This document shows positions 13,388-25,322 of a DNA stretch of 64,000 bases, in pieces (position 1 is the first letter of the stretch; each line of letters starts with the position of its first letter). Position numbers and translations under genes: made by a program. Source of the stretch: Lytechinus pictus (lineage: Eukaryota); contig NC_087246.1 in NCBI RefSeq assembly GCF_037042905.1, positions 9,736,001 to 9,800,000 of the forward strand, in the 5' to 3' direction. Under the pieces are notes generated by a model that was given only the letters and a program-made list of their open reading frames with translations, searched no databases and was not told where the DNA came from.

Positions 13388-13615
13388 GCCCTGTCACATC
13401 GTCCTGTGCAAGCCTTTCGAGTGAGTTGCAGGTGATTGCCCGCAAACTCTCCTGCAACAAAGTTGTGAGCAAGTTCAAAATTTTTCTGCGTGCGCTTCTG
13501 CTGGCAACTGCGTGAGAGATGCGTGCAAGATACTGTCAATGCGGGCAACCTGCGGGTAGCAAAAATACTCACCCGCAAGGATTGCACAGAGAACAATGTG
13601 ACAAGTTGGTTAAAG
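13388..13615. mobile_element. Decayed palindromic MITE
   Basis: TGTCACAT.GT...TGTGCAAGCCTT and AAGGATTGCACA...ATGTGACA form inverted arms. Confidence 0.5.
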
Positions 13616-13831
13616 TAATTTGGTTAATTTTGAGCTTTAGCTTGTCTCATTCGTTTCGCGTGGGGTTTAGGCAGATCCAGAATTTCATGAAATTAGGGTT
13701 TGTGTGGGGGGGGGGGAGAAATGTTTTTAAGAAAGATATTCCTGCTTCCACCCAACAGGAACACTGCTCATGATATATATTTCTTCTCATTATCCTCCCT
13801 TTATGATAAAGCTCTTCTTCTTCTCATGCAG

Positions 13832-13953
13832 GTGCATCCTTTGCAGAAAATTTTTACAGCCTGAAGCGAGTTCCCCTCAGTTCAACCTCTGTTACCTCTA
13901 CAATATCACAAGGTCTCCCAAAGAAAGAACATTTGCTGTCATTAGCACTGCTT
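13832..13953 (+). CDS. PEX12: PEX12 coding exon 3
   Basis: SASFAENFYSLKRVPLSSTSVTSTISQGLPKKEHLLSLALL; donor GTGAGT. Confidence 0.94.
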
Positions 13954-14477
13954 GTGAGTAATGTATAGTCCCATCATGTTTTCATGAAACCTGTCTATTA
14001 AAACCAGGAGGGTGTTTCACAAAGAGTTAAGTCTAAGGTAATGCTTAAAGTGCAAACGTCATATGATATTATTAAACACACAATCTCAATCACACAGATC
14101 TCATGAGGATAATTTGACTAATGCGGTGATGGATTAAATGATACATATAAATGGGAAATTAAGTGCAAATTTTAGTCAGATATATATATATTGATTAGTG
14201 TACTACCATACCATTAAGAATTGATTCTGGAGGCATGGTCTTTTTTGTCTCATATCCTACTGTGCAGGGCTACCCATATGATCTACCTGCTGGATGCCCT
14301 TAGGCACGGTGTATGGCAAACCCTGAATGTTTGTTGCATTTAATAACTATAATTTCATCTAAACATTTCAGGTGGACAGAAAGTGTCTTCTTTTCATTTC
14401 AAAATAAGAAAAAGTCTCTACTTGCAACAAACTGTATTCATCCCTTTAAAATCTAATATTTCTTTTTTCCCCCCAAG

Positions 14478-14630
14478 GTTGTAATTCCATATATTAAGCT
14501 GAAACTTGATGCCAAATTTCATAAGTGGACTGATGAATCTCTGGATGCGAGCGATAGAGGGCGGCAAAGCATTAAGAGATATAAGAAAATCTTTCTTGCT
14601 GTGTATCCATATCTACATCTTTCTTGGGAA
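14478..14630 (+). CDS. PEX12: PEX12 coding exon 4
   Basis: VVIPYIKLKLDAKFHKWTDESLDASDRGRQSIKRYKKIFLAVYPYLHLSWE; donor GTAAGT. Confidence 0.93.
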
Positions 14631-15323
14631 GTAAGTCTTATTTTCTGTTAATTTGTTAATATGTTAGGGTGTCGTGTCTGAATTTAATTTTTCATGGATA
14701 ATTTTTCTCATATCCAAACCGACCCAATTATTTCAGTAGCTTACAATACATGGGCTTTTATCAACTTGCGAGTCCTTATCTTTACTCCACCCCCACCAAC
14801 TTTATATCCCCCTTGTTCAGTTTTCAGCCAAAACTCACCATATTAGTGTCCTTAGTGGAAGAGATACAGTGTGAGATGAATTTGTTTTAGTTTTTGCATG
14901 ATGAGGAGCTTATCAGTTCACAATCCAGATGGGGTGCCACATGTTGAGAAAAGTATCTACCATCTTTTCTGAAATGTTTTAGTGTCTAGCATCATCATTT
15001 TGTTTTGAAATATTTTACACTTTTTTATTCTGATTAAAACAGAATTGTGGACCTTAAATATCACTTGCGCACAAATGGGTTGCATCCCTTGCTCCTGACA
15101 CTTTTTGAAGTTTCTTTTAGTGTTTGGAGGTTTCCTTTTAATTGACTGTGTATAAAATGGGAAATTCATTTATGTGAAATGAAGAGCAAATGTTTCTAAT
15201 CAATTGCTGAAGTAATCCTAATTGTATGAATAATTTGCATATTTTTAGCACTCTGCTATATGAATGATATGCACTATACAAGTAACATTTACTATTGTTA
15301 TTTTTACGTTACATCTCTCACAG

Positions 15324-15399
15324 TCATCTATTCTAGTGTATCAACTCCGATATCTGTTCAGACAGTCACATGTCCATTCTCCATTCCTTAAACTTGCAG
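15324..15399 (+). CDS. PEX12: PEX12 coding exon 5
   Basis: SSILVYQLRYLFRQSHVHSPFLKLA; CAG acceptor, GTAACA donor. Confidence 0.93.
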
Positions 15400-15571
15400 G
15401 TAACATACAATGTTTATTTTTGTCTCTTACTCTATTTGTTAAATTACGTAAATCTACTCTAGTAAATCTCACACTGGTATAACCAGTGATCGTAGTAAAA
15501 TATGAAGATTTATACTTATTTTTTCTATCAATATTGATTTGATGGCTTGTCATTTTCAGTTTTTTTTCTTC

Positions 15572-16825
15572 TAAAGTCCGTCCCAGAAAAAGGAAGCCGT
15601 AATTCAGTGTATTGTGTAACTATTTCCTTTGTTGATCATAAGTTTAATTCATGAGATGTACATCAATGAAAAGATATGCTTGCCTCCTCTTTCGTTTCAA
15701 GCCCATCTCAACGTTCAGAATGCATACATGACTGAGTTAGAACAATGTAAAGTGGTACTACTAAATTTCCATTTGCACAAACAAATGATTTTAAGTGGGT
15801 TTTTCTGGCTTTTACTGCTATCTATTTGGAAAACAAAGTTCATAATTCAAATATCAATTCTTTCATCTTTCATATGTGCATAAAATATGATTGAAGCATG
15901 GTTGAGAAAAAGTTGCATGAAAACGTGCTTGATTTCTACCTATTGGATGGATCATTGAAAAATAAGCATTTCTAACAAACCAGCAGACATTGGGCTACTG
16001 TTGAATGCGCAATGAGTGTGATTTTGTGGTTGGCTTGAATGTTATGTTTGAACTCAAGTAATAAATATTGCTTGAAATGATTAGACCAGGCAGGGGCAGT
16101 GGAATGTTGGATGGGGGTTACCCACTTAAAGGAAAACCTTCCGAGCTAAATGTGGCTTTCTCTTCTACTCGTGTAAAAAGTGATGTACCCTTTTCTGCTT
16201 CGCCCTGCCTCCTCCAAACATAATCCGCTACCCCTTTGAAATGTAGCAACGATTGAAATGACTAATAGAAGTTTGAGATAAAAATTATAATCGTTACCAT
16301 TATAACATTGAATTCCCATAGCCATAGACTGCAGCCTGCAACTATAAAGGGCCTTCCTTCCCCTGCCTGAACAGCATTCTCTGTTAGCCTATTGTCTGCT
16401 GCTTTGTTGGGAAAACGAAATGCTTGTTTTCCAACGATCCTTCGAATAGGTAGAAATCAAGCATGTTTTCATGCAACATTTTCTCGATCATGCTTCATTC
16501 ATATTTTACACATGAAGTCTTATATAGAAGAGGAAAAGATGGATATTCAAGTTATGAACACTGTTGTCCTGATAGATAGTAGTAAAAGCCAGAAAAAGTC
16601 ATTTGAAAATACAATTTGCTCGTGCAAATGAAAATTTTGTAGCACCAATTTCTATTGTACTAACTCAGTCATGTGTGCGTAATGAACGTTGAGATGGATC
16701 TCAAATGCAAGAAGAGAAGCATATCTTTCTATTCATGTACATTTCATGAAGTGCCGGTAAAGTTGTGATAATGATTGGAAAAAATACACTTAATTACAGT
16801 TTCCTATTTTTGGGTTGCACTGTCT
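15572..16825. mobile_element. Foldback element with ~420-bp imperfect inverted arms (Tc1/mariner-type MITE)
   Basis: ~15575-16000 is the reverse complement of ~16385-16823, e.g. TTGCATGAAAACGTGCTTGATTTCTACCTATT vs AATAGGTAGAAATCAAGCATGTTTTCATGCAA. Confidence 0.8.
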
Positions 16826-17580
16826 AATAATTTACTATAAAAGCACAATGCTCTATGATGTATAAATACATGAAAACATACTTTTTGAACAGAAATTATC
16901 TGCATTATTCACTCTAGAATAGAGGGGTCTACAACAAAATTAGATCAGCTTTAGACAACGACCAGTCAAGCACCAGATCCAGATTCAAAGAATTAGTTTT
17001 CTACTCTCTGGTAGAGGTTATTGGTTAAGGCTATAGATTGCAGGATTATATGATTACATGGGGCCTTTCTTAAAAAGAGTTGAGATTTGTTTGATGATCA
17101 GTCATAATTATGAAAATCCAGGAATGCAAACATATAGAATAGATATTTTGTATACTCATGTTTTATACATCATTGTTTTGATCGGAGACTGCGCTCTTTA
17201 TTTTAAAGGGATGTTTTGTATATTTCCTGTTTGAAGAAGTATGACATTTATAGCCTTCCATTGTTGGGATTGGTTGAATCAGTCACAACTCTCTGCAGGT
17301 TGGGCACTGAAAATATATGCTCAAGGTGGAAAGATGTCACAACCAATATATCTCTGCACTGCTTCAATTTTCTTTTGTTCCTTGAATGCAATCACCATCA
17401 ACCATCTGCTAATCAGACGATCGCCTAAGTAAAAAATCATATGAGATTATGCAATCCATGTGTTATTAATTTTTTTAGGTTAGATTTCAAGAAAACTCCT
17501 GGGGTCCCATGAAGTATAAATTTTGATTGGAAGACCTACCCATACTTGCTTTCTTCATTGTATCTTTTTTTTTTACTCAG

Positions 17581-17662
17581 GGGTGAAATTACAATACTTA
17601 TCCAGGGAAGATATGTTGTTATCAAGTGACTCCAGTGATGCAATTTTATCTGCAGATCTAAG
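17581..17662 (+). CDS. PEX12: PEX12 coding exon 6
   Basis: GVKLQYLSREDMLLSSDSSDAILSADL; strong poly-T CAG acceptor; phases 1 and 2 match the neighbouring exons. Confidence 0.88.
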
Positions 17663-18359
17663 GTAATTATTAAGAAAGGTTTAGTTATATTCAGCCATGA
17701 ACATTATCATAATATGGTATGATAATGAATATCTAAGGGTGCTATGAACAAAAACCCACCATGGTGAATAATGAATACAATACATTAGTATATAAATAAT
17801 CAGTCTTTTCAGTGAAAAATGGAGAAAGATTAAAGGATTAGATATGCAATGTGAAGATATAATGATGGAGTATGTCTGTTATGTCTGATTGAAAGAGGAT
17901 TCAAAGTACAGACCATGACATTGTGAGCTTCATTCACATTTGTCATTTTATATTTGGGGAAAACTTTCATACTGATTGGTTATCATGCCAAATGAATAGG
18001 CAAGCTCTCAATTATTTTTAGCTTGTTAAGAAAATTAGTAATTGCCAGCTACAATATATTCATGTTTACAACATTTATGACATATTTTGAGTGATGGTAG
18101 ATGTAGAACTTAATTTCTTTAAATTTCCATTTCCTTTCCTATTTTACCAACGCTTTGTCCAAGTTGTAAGGCCATGTTATAAAATAAAATGAAATATGAG
18201 ACATATTTTGTGATGAATTTGATGATTTTTATGTTTTCTTTTCATCATTAACTGTACGGTGTTTCATTTACTTCGGGTCCTGTTGTAAACCATTGGGCCT
18301 TGTAAAATAAATAAGATTTCTCTTGTCCAGTCTTGTTGCTGTGTGCCTATAGATCCTTT

Positions 18360-18661
18360 GGCCCGTATTCTGAACTCAGGTTTAAATTAAACCCTGGTTT
18401 AAAGTTGTGGTTTAACTATGGAGAGCCAATTGGGGCACAAATCCCTGACAGCACACATCCAATTTATTAACTCATTTGACACTCAAATTGTACATAATTG
18501 TCTGGGAATGATAACAGAAATATTTTGAAGTATTTTACTTTATTATGATATACAAAATAGTAAACATAAGAGAAACAGAATTTATGAATTTTTGGCTCCC
18601 CATAATTTTAGCACAGAGTTAGACCGTGGTCTAAGTTAAACCTGACTTCAGAATATGGGCC
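18360..18661. mobile_element. PIF/Harbinger-type MITE
   Basis: TIRs GGCCCGTATTCTGAA / TTCAGAATATGGGCC; 3-bp flanks TTT. A decayed relative lies at ~58195-58470. Confidence 0.75.
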
Positions 18662-18669
18662 TTTGGCTT

Positions 18670-18782
18670 TTAATAGCTGGAAGTCAGAATATCTCATTGT
18701 TCAATCTTTTTTACGACTTGGCCAGGGATAGAACCTCCCTGATGCATTCAAGAGGGAGATCCTCTACCATAGAGCCACCTTG
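18670..18782 (-). mobile_element. Decayed tRNA-derived SINE head
   Basis: Minus strand reads GGTGGCTCTATGGTAGAG (A box) ... GGTTCTATCCC (B box). Confidence 0.5.
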
Positions 18783-19146
18783 CCTGATGGAGGTCACAAT
18801 GATTCTGATAATAATAATGATACTTGATATTTTAAATACCACAACTTGCAATGAAATATCTTAGCACCATCAAAATAGAAGATAAGTTGCTAGAATGAGA
18901 AAAAGAAAACTTATCATATTTTGGAACCTGTTGATATAATGATACATTCCATGTATCGCCAATCAGGAACATTTAGAGATTATCTTTGGAAAAAAAGTAC
19001 AATTTTAATAATGGCCCAATTAGATCAGGAAAAGAACATTCTCTGCTTCTATTCGGAACTCTTTTTTGATATAATAATTTCAATACATTAAGACAATGCA
19101 AATCTACTATAATATCTCAATTTTTGTTTCTATGATTGTATTCTAG

Positions 19147-19324
19147 TTTGAAATCAAGACTGCTGTACTACATGAAGAGACTGGTAGGGGGAGTTGCTAT
19201 TGCTATCTCAAATGGTTTATCTGTGGGTGTCTTCTTTCTTCAGTTTCTTGAATGGTGGTACATGAGTGAAGATCACCAGTCTGCCTTAGCTGCTACTTCA
19301 TTGCCAATTCCAGAACCTCCTAAG
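19147..19324 (+). CDS. PEX12: PEX12 coding exon 7
   Basis: [59 protein letters not shown]; donor GTGAAT. Confidence 0.95.
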
Positions 19325-20032
19325 GTGAATTATGAATAGAGTGGTTGATTTGAAGTTCTTTTGACCAGTGACACAACATATGCTACTGCAACCTTTGTTC
19401 CGGTCTTAATATCTCAGAGGGCATAGGGTTAGAGTTAGGATTGTCATAGATTTTGGGGTTCAGATTTTTCAGAATAATGTAAAAATAGGGATTAAGGTTT
19501 ATTTAGTTGTGGACATAAGGTTTTAGGTTTGGCTTACAATGCAGATTTACCATCAGGACAATTGTCGCCAGAGCAAATGTCATGGAACCCTTATGACCAA
19601 CTGTAAACCTGTAAGACACAACAAAATATCCACTATCATCGCTATATCCCCCCTCCCCTCCATTATTTATTTTCTCTGTAGAACCTTGAGTGTTGGTTCA
19701 TAACAAAGTTCCATACCCAATCATTTTCATTTAAAAAAATCAAACCATGAGGTTTTGAAATGAGATCTAGTAGATGAATTACAAAGAGTTCCTATGTAAA
19801 GTCCCTGACAAATTCTTGGGCAACTTTTCTCAAAGCATCTCGTCAGTGATTTTCAGTTACTTGTTTGCACTTAGCTAATTATATTCAAGTTGTCTATAGT
19901 TTATAACAGTTATCAACAGTTTCTTTCAATGTACCTCAGATTGTGTAGATCAATTTATTGAACAGGCTGGGTACAAATCCGCAATACTCATTTTTAATAC
20001 CAACTTTAGCATCTGTTGTTTTTGTTTTACAG

Positions 20033-20136
20033 GAGCGTGAACCAGAATACTGTCAGATTCTCCTACCAAGGGATGTGACACTCTGCCCTCTTTGTCAGAA
20101 GAAAAGAACAAATGATACTACTTTATTAACATCAGG
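20033..20136 (+). CDS. PEX12: PEX12 coding exon 8
   Basis: EREPEYCQILLPRDVTLCPLCQKKRTNDTTLLTSG; donor GTAAAT. Confidence 0.94.
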
Positions 20137-20638
20137 GTAAATAAAGACTAAAATATGAAACGATCATGTCTTAAAGTGAATAATGTAATGGCGCCAACTA
20201 TAGCCATTTAATGTAAAGTAAATGTTGAGCTGTAGTCACGCTGTCTTTAAGCACACATACTGGGTGTAACAAGTTCTTACTTGAGTCTCCAAAATGGTAT
20301 CTAATATATATCTGTAGAATTTAAGATAGTTTACTATCAACAAGCTCCATCACTTTAAGGAGTATAGAAAATTAAATCTTTAATTCATATTTATGAATTA
20401 TGCACAACATATAGTTCAGATTTATTATAATTTTTGAATATTTCTCAAATCTATCAAACATTTTTTGCATAAAATGAATTCATGTAAAATTAGGAATACA
20501 CAAAGCAGACTGTAAAACATAGAAAAAGTTATATGAAAAAAAGTTTATTGATGAATTTATTCACAATTTGGCAATTTTATATCTACTACCTGATCATACT
20601 CTCAATTCATTTCTACCCTAACTTATTTCATACTGCAG

Positions 20639-20756
20639 CTATGTATTCTGCTACCCTTGTATCTACACTTACATCAAGAAACACCAGCGCTGTCCAGTGA
20701 CCCGCTACCCTTCAGAACTCTGTCATCTCATCAAACTATACCCTCCTGATAGTTGA
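20639..20756 (+). CDS. PEX12: PEX12 terminal coding exon
   Basis: YVFCYPCIYTYIKKHQRCPVTRYPSELCHLIKLYPPDS, ending in TGA at 20754-20756. Confidence 0.95.
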
Positions 20757-21110
20757 GACTAGATTTTCCATAGTCAAGAAACACCAGCACTGTCCAGTGA
20801 CCTGCTACCCTTTAGAAATCTATCATATCATCAAACTCTACGATCCTGATAGTTGAGACTGAGACTACATCGTCCATAGTTAAGAAACGCCAGCGCTGTC
20901 CAGTGACCCCCTACCCTTCAGAACTCTATCATCTCATAAAACTCTACCCTCCTGAAAGTTGAGACTGGGACTATAGATCTTCCATAGTCCAGAAACACCA
21001 GTGCTGTCCAGTGAAATGCTACCCTTTAGAACTCTATCATCTCGTTAAACTATACCCTCCTGATAGTTGAGACTCAGACTAGATTGAGACTATAGATCTT
21101 TCAAAGTCTT
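20674..21110 (+). repeat. Four-copy tandem repeat (100-108 bp period) of the PEX12 C-terminal coding segment plus stop codon
   Basis: Copies start at 20674, 20774, 20880 and 20988. Each has an 83-nt core ending AGTTGA. Confidence 0.95.
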
Positions 21111-21141
21111 CCACAAGGACAGCTAATCATATTTAGTTTGA

Positions 21142-21147
21142 AATAAA
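21142..21147 (+). terminator. Candidate PEX12 polyadenylation signal
   Basis: First AATAAA after the stop codon, followed by GT/T-rich sequence. Confidence 0.4.
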
Positions 21148-22239
21148 AAGAAATGTGATTAAGTGCTTTATTTTGTATTCATGTGCAATCTATTACTTGC
21201 AAAAATTTGAGATCAAATTATTACTGAGATAAAGTAGTATATTTTTATGATATTTCTTTGATTAATATTGTAACATTTTACAATGTTTTCAAAGTTTGAT
21301 TTGTGTAATGATAGTCTAATTAGAATAAGAACAGTATTATTTATTTTAAAGTCATAAATCATAGAGATGATTTTAAGTTTGGTGTTTGGTGATGGTGATG
21401 GTGTTATGTCGATCTTTACACCAGCCACTGCTGTAAACTTGTGATTAGGATGGTGCTAGGACTGATATTACTACATCATCACTCTACTCAACCACCATTT
21501 GACGGTGTAGCAAGGTAATGTGGAAGCCTGATATATACTCTCAACACTACTGTATGCCGGCCAATGACTGCCATAGTAATATTCTCGGCATCGATGATGC
21601 TGTGAGTGCTTTATAAAATATGAATAAAATACCTAAATTTCAATAATCCCACTGCTCACCTTCAATTCTGAAGCACTCATGCTCCACCCATTAAACTGAT
21701 AAACAAGTAGAACATAAATAGTACATGTGCAGCAGATAGACAAACAAGAAACTTGGTAAATTCTTTTTTGTCTGCTCAAATTATCCCGTGTGGTGGGAAA
21801 TGCATATGTACAGCAGGCCTGCATTACATGGAAAGTTGTGATAGACATAAGTCTATAATCATCTATCTTAGTTATCCTAATATTTACTTTACAGTCCATA
21901 ATTTGTAGCATTTTTGGTTTTGGAAAATTGCAATATTGTCTCAAAAGAATGCTTGAAGCGAGAGTATTTTGTAATATTTTTACAATATAATAAACCTCAC
22001 TTGCACCTCAGATTTTTTAAGATTCTTGTTGCAATTTGGTTTTTTCATGGTGGTAAAATGAGCATTTGTTACTCGATCTATTATGCAATGGAACCCTAAA
22101 TGCTAACCATGAGATATTTATAACAGTGCTGTTAGCACTGTGTCACTTGTTGATATATCATAATTATGATTGATTTCAGAGCAATCGTTATACATGTACT
22201 TCAATTGAATATTATAAATTTGTTTAATTGAGTGTTGAT

Positions 22240-23560
22240 TTACTATAGTTTTGATAGACTACTGGAAGATTGATTAACTGTAGGGTTCATTAATTGGTAG
22301 ATTGATTGACTTGTAGGTTGATTGATTGGTTAATTCACTGTTCGAATGATTGATTGACTGATGGGTTAATTTATTGATTTGCTTATTGATTGATTGGTTG
22401 ATTTACCAGAAGATAAATTGATTAACCAGTAGATTGATTCATTATTAATGGGTTGATTTTAATATTGGTTGACTGGTATAGTTGCTTGATTGACTGGTGG
22501 TTTGATGGACTGATTGCTGTGTTGATTGATTGGTTAAATTATTGGTACGTTTATCTATTAATTTACTTATTTATTGGTAGGTCAATTATAGATGGTGTAT
22601 TTTACTGGTAGATTGATTGGTTGATTGATTGATTGATTCCTGGTTGGTTGATTGACTGGTTGGTTCCTGGTAGATTGATTTATTGATTCCTGGTAGAATG
22701 ATTGACTGATTGATTCCTGGTAGATTGATTGATTCCTGGTAGACTGATTGATTGACTGTTAGGTTGATTGACTGACTGGTTGGTTCCTGGTAGATTGATT
22801 GGTTGACTGGTAGGTTGATTGATTGATTCCTGGTAGATTGATTAATTCCTGGTAGATTGATTGGTTGACTGTTAGGTTGATTGATTCCTGGTAAATTTAT
22901 TCACTGATCGATTGCTGGTAGATTGATTGGTTGACTGGTAGGTTGATTGATTGATTCCTGGTATTGATTGATTGATTCCTGGTAGATTGATTGGTTGACT
23001 GGTAGGTTGAATGGTTGATTGACTGATTGATTCCTGGTAAATTGATTGGTTGACTGGTAGGTTGATTGATTGATTCCTGGTATATTAGTTGATTGATTGA
23101 TTCCTGGTAGATTGATTGGTTGACTGGTAGGTTGATTGACTGATTGATTCCTGGTAGATTGATTGATTGCTGGTAGGTTGATTGACTGATTGATTCCTGG
23201 TAGATTGATTGACCGGTAGGTTGATTAACTGATTGATTCCTGGTAAATTGATTGATTTATCGATTACTGGTAGATTGATTGATTTATCGATTACTGGTAG
23301 ATTGATTGGTTGACTGGTAGGTTGATTGACTGATTGATTCCTGGTAGATTGATTGGTTGACTGGTAGGTTGATTTATCGATTCCTGGTAGATTGATTGGT
23401 TGACTGGTAGGTTGATTGACTGATTGATTCCTGGTAAATTGATTGATTTATCGATTCCTGGTAGATTGATTGGTTGACTGGTAGGTTGATTGATTGATTC
23501 CTAGTAGATTGCTTTACTGATTGATTCCTGGTAGGTTGATTGACTGGTTGGTTTCTGACT
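22240..23560. repeat. (GATT)n-derived micro/minisatellite with CCTGGTAG and GACTGGTAGGTT modules
   Basis: Directly visible; becomes more homogeneous toward 22650-23550. Confidence 0.95.
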
Positions 23561-23665
23561 CTCTTCGTGTGTCCGTGTTTTACACTCTAGTTGTGTTATG
23601 AATGGGGAATTTTCTTCAGGTTATCGGGGGGGGGGGCGTAAAAAGACACGGATTTCCTCCTATAT

Positions 23666-23925
23666 GTGTTGGCTCAGTTGGTAGAGCGTCCGTCTCACAA
23701 CCGGGAGGTCGGGGGTTCAAACCCCGGCCGCGTCAGACCAAAAGACATTAAAAGATGGGAGTTGCTGCTACCCTGTTTGGCGTTCAACGATTAAAGGGAT
23801 AGAGCCTCGTCGATCTGGCGCTGCACAGTGGCTGCCGGGCCCACGATCAATTGGGCAAAGCAAATTTTCGGAGTATTTCATTTCATGTCTATTTCGAACA
23901 ATAAATTATGGATTTTTCATTTTAT
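23666..23925 (+). mobile_element. tRNA-derived SINE (possible Meta-like central domain)
   Basis: A box TGGCTCAGTTGG, CAC in an anticodon-like loop, B box GGTTCAAACCC. No acceptor stem; followed by ~180 nt of SINE body. Confidence 0.8.
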
Positions 23926-23939
23926 CATATTTGTTTCTG

Positions 23940-24740
23940 CTCTGTATAGAAATACTTGCTTGGTAATTAAGGAAAGATAGAAATGTTGAAGGAATTCAAT
24001 TTGAGAACCATGAAATAAACAAAATTTTGTATGATGATGATGTATAAATGTTAAATAAAAAATACTCCCTTGGAAATCTTTAAAACCTTTTTGAAGAATT
24101 AGAGAAAATCAGTGGTCTAAAGATAAACAAAGGAAAAACTAATAGTTTTGGATGGTATATAGGGATAATGACAGACCTCAGATACTGTTGTTGGGGGGAA
24201 AAAATCAGCATATCGGGTGTTTACTTTTCTCTAAATGTTATAATAAAAGAGGAATTTAATTTCGAAGAAACATATGCATTGTCAAGGTTAAAACTTTGTT
24301 TCGTCACTTGTAGCTGTTCCTCAGTGGTTGTATGCTGAGGTAGAAAAAGATCACAAAAATAATTTTTTTATTGTCAGGAAACTCGGATAAAGATAAATGT
24401 ATCAGGATCACAAGGATGTTTGAAAATGATGATTTTAAGTTATACGTTTGATGTGGCTTAAACGATTTATTTATGGAGAATGGGGTGTGGGATGGAAGTT
24501 GCATTTGATTTGTTTTCGATCAGTTGGAGATTTCTGTTTCTATGTGACTGACACTTTAAAAAATTAAATTTAAAAATGCCCCAATTTTTATTCAGAAATG
24601 ATGAAGGCCCTTGACATGACTTGAGGAAATATCGATATTCTGAAGAGGATAATAATTATATATTAATGAAAATATTTGAATAACAGGTGAAACGATTTTT
24701 AACAATGATCTTTTTTATAAAGGAAAATTTAACGTTGATC
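23940..24740 (+). pseudogene. Heavily decayed L1/Tx1-like LINE reverse transcriptase fragment
   Basis: GIQFENHEINKILYDDDV (degenerate YADD) ... LEKISGLKINKGKT ... GVYFS, broken by stops and frameshifts. Confidence 0.6.
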
Positions 24741-25055
24741 AATTTTTGCATCGCAGAGCAAGACGTATATAAGCGCCGCTTTTTCTGACGGCGGCGTCAA
24801 CATCAAATCTTAACCTAAGGGTTTTTTTTAAATGTCATCCGATCGTATATGGATCTAGATCCTGAAACTTGGACATAAGGGTAATCAAGTATTACTAATC
24901 TTCCCGAGTTTCAGGTCACATGACCAAGGTCAAAGGTCATTTAGGTTCAATGAACTTAGACCGTGCCGGGGGAATCAATATCGCAATCTTAACCTAATTA
25001 AGGTGAAGTTTTTGAAAAGCCATCATAACTTAGAAAGTATATGTAGGCCTATCTA

Positions 25056-25304
25056 CAGTGGCGTACCTAGAATTTTCCAAAGGGGGGGGGGGGCAAATTC
25101 GTCCGCCCAAAAATTTGACAAGCAAAAAAAAAAAAGGTCTTCAACCGCAAGTAAAGGTCATTTCGCACCGGAAAAAAAAATTGACAAGCAAACAAAAAAA
25201 GGTATTCAAGTTAAAAGGAGGGGGGCACTTAATTGTGGCTCGTCAGGGATCAGTTTTGACTCGTCAGGGGGGCAGTCTGCCCCCCCCCCCTAGGTACGCT
25301 AGTG
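25056..25304. mobile_element. hAT-type MITE
   Basis: TIRs CAGTGGCGTACCTAG / CTAGGTACGCTAGTG; 8-bp TSD CCTATCTA. Confidence 0.85.
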
Positions 25305-25322
25305 CCTATCTATATATATATA

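Larger units (their letters stand above)
11530..20756 (+). other. PEX12: PEX12 gene span (peroxin 12, RING peroxin), complete CDS of 354 aa
   Basis: Nine GT-AG exons total 1065 nt in one frame. N-terminus MAEFGAHLT...PSFFEVLAQESL, motif [12 protein letters not shown], and C-terminal RING CPLC...SGYVFCYPC...CPVT. Confidence 0.96.

Noticed and set aside
20674..21110. CRISPR-like array, diversity-generating cassette or stop-codon read-through polyprotein
   Set aside because: Units are whole tandem copies without unique spacers and no cas or intact RT gene is nearby. The TGA is followed in frame by GAC TAG, so read-through would stop at once.
23666..23740. tRNA-Val(CAC)-like gene
   Set aside because: A and B boxes are present, but there is no acceptor-stem pairing and it continues into a SINE body.
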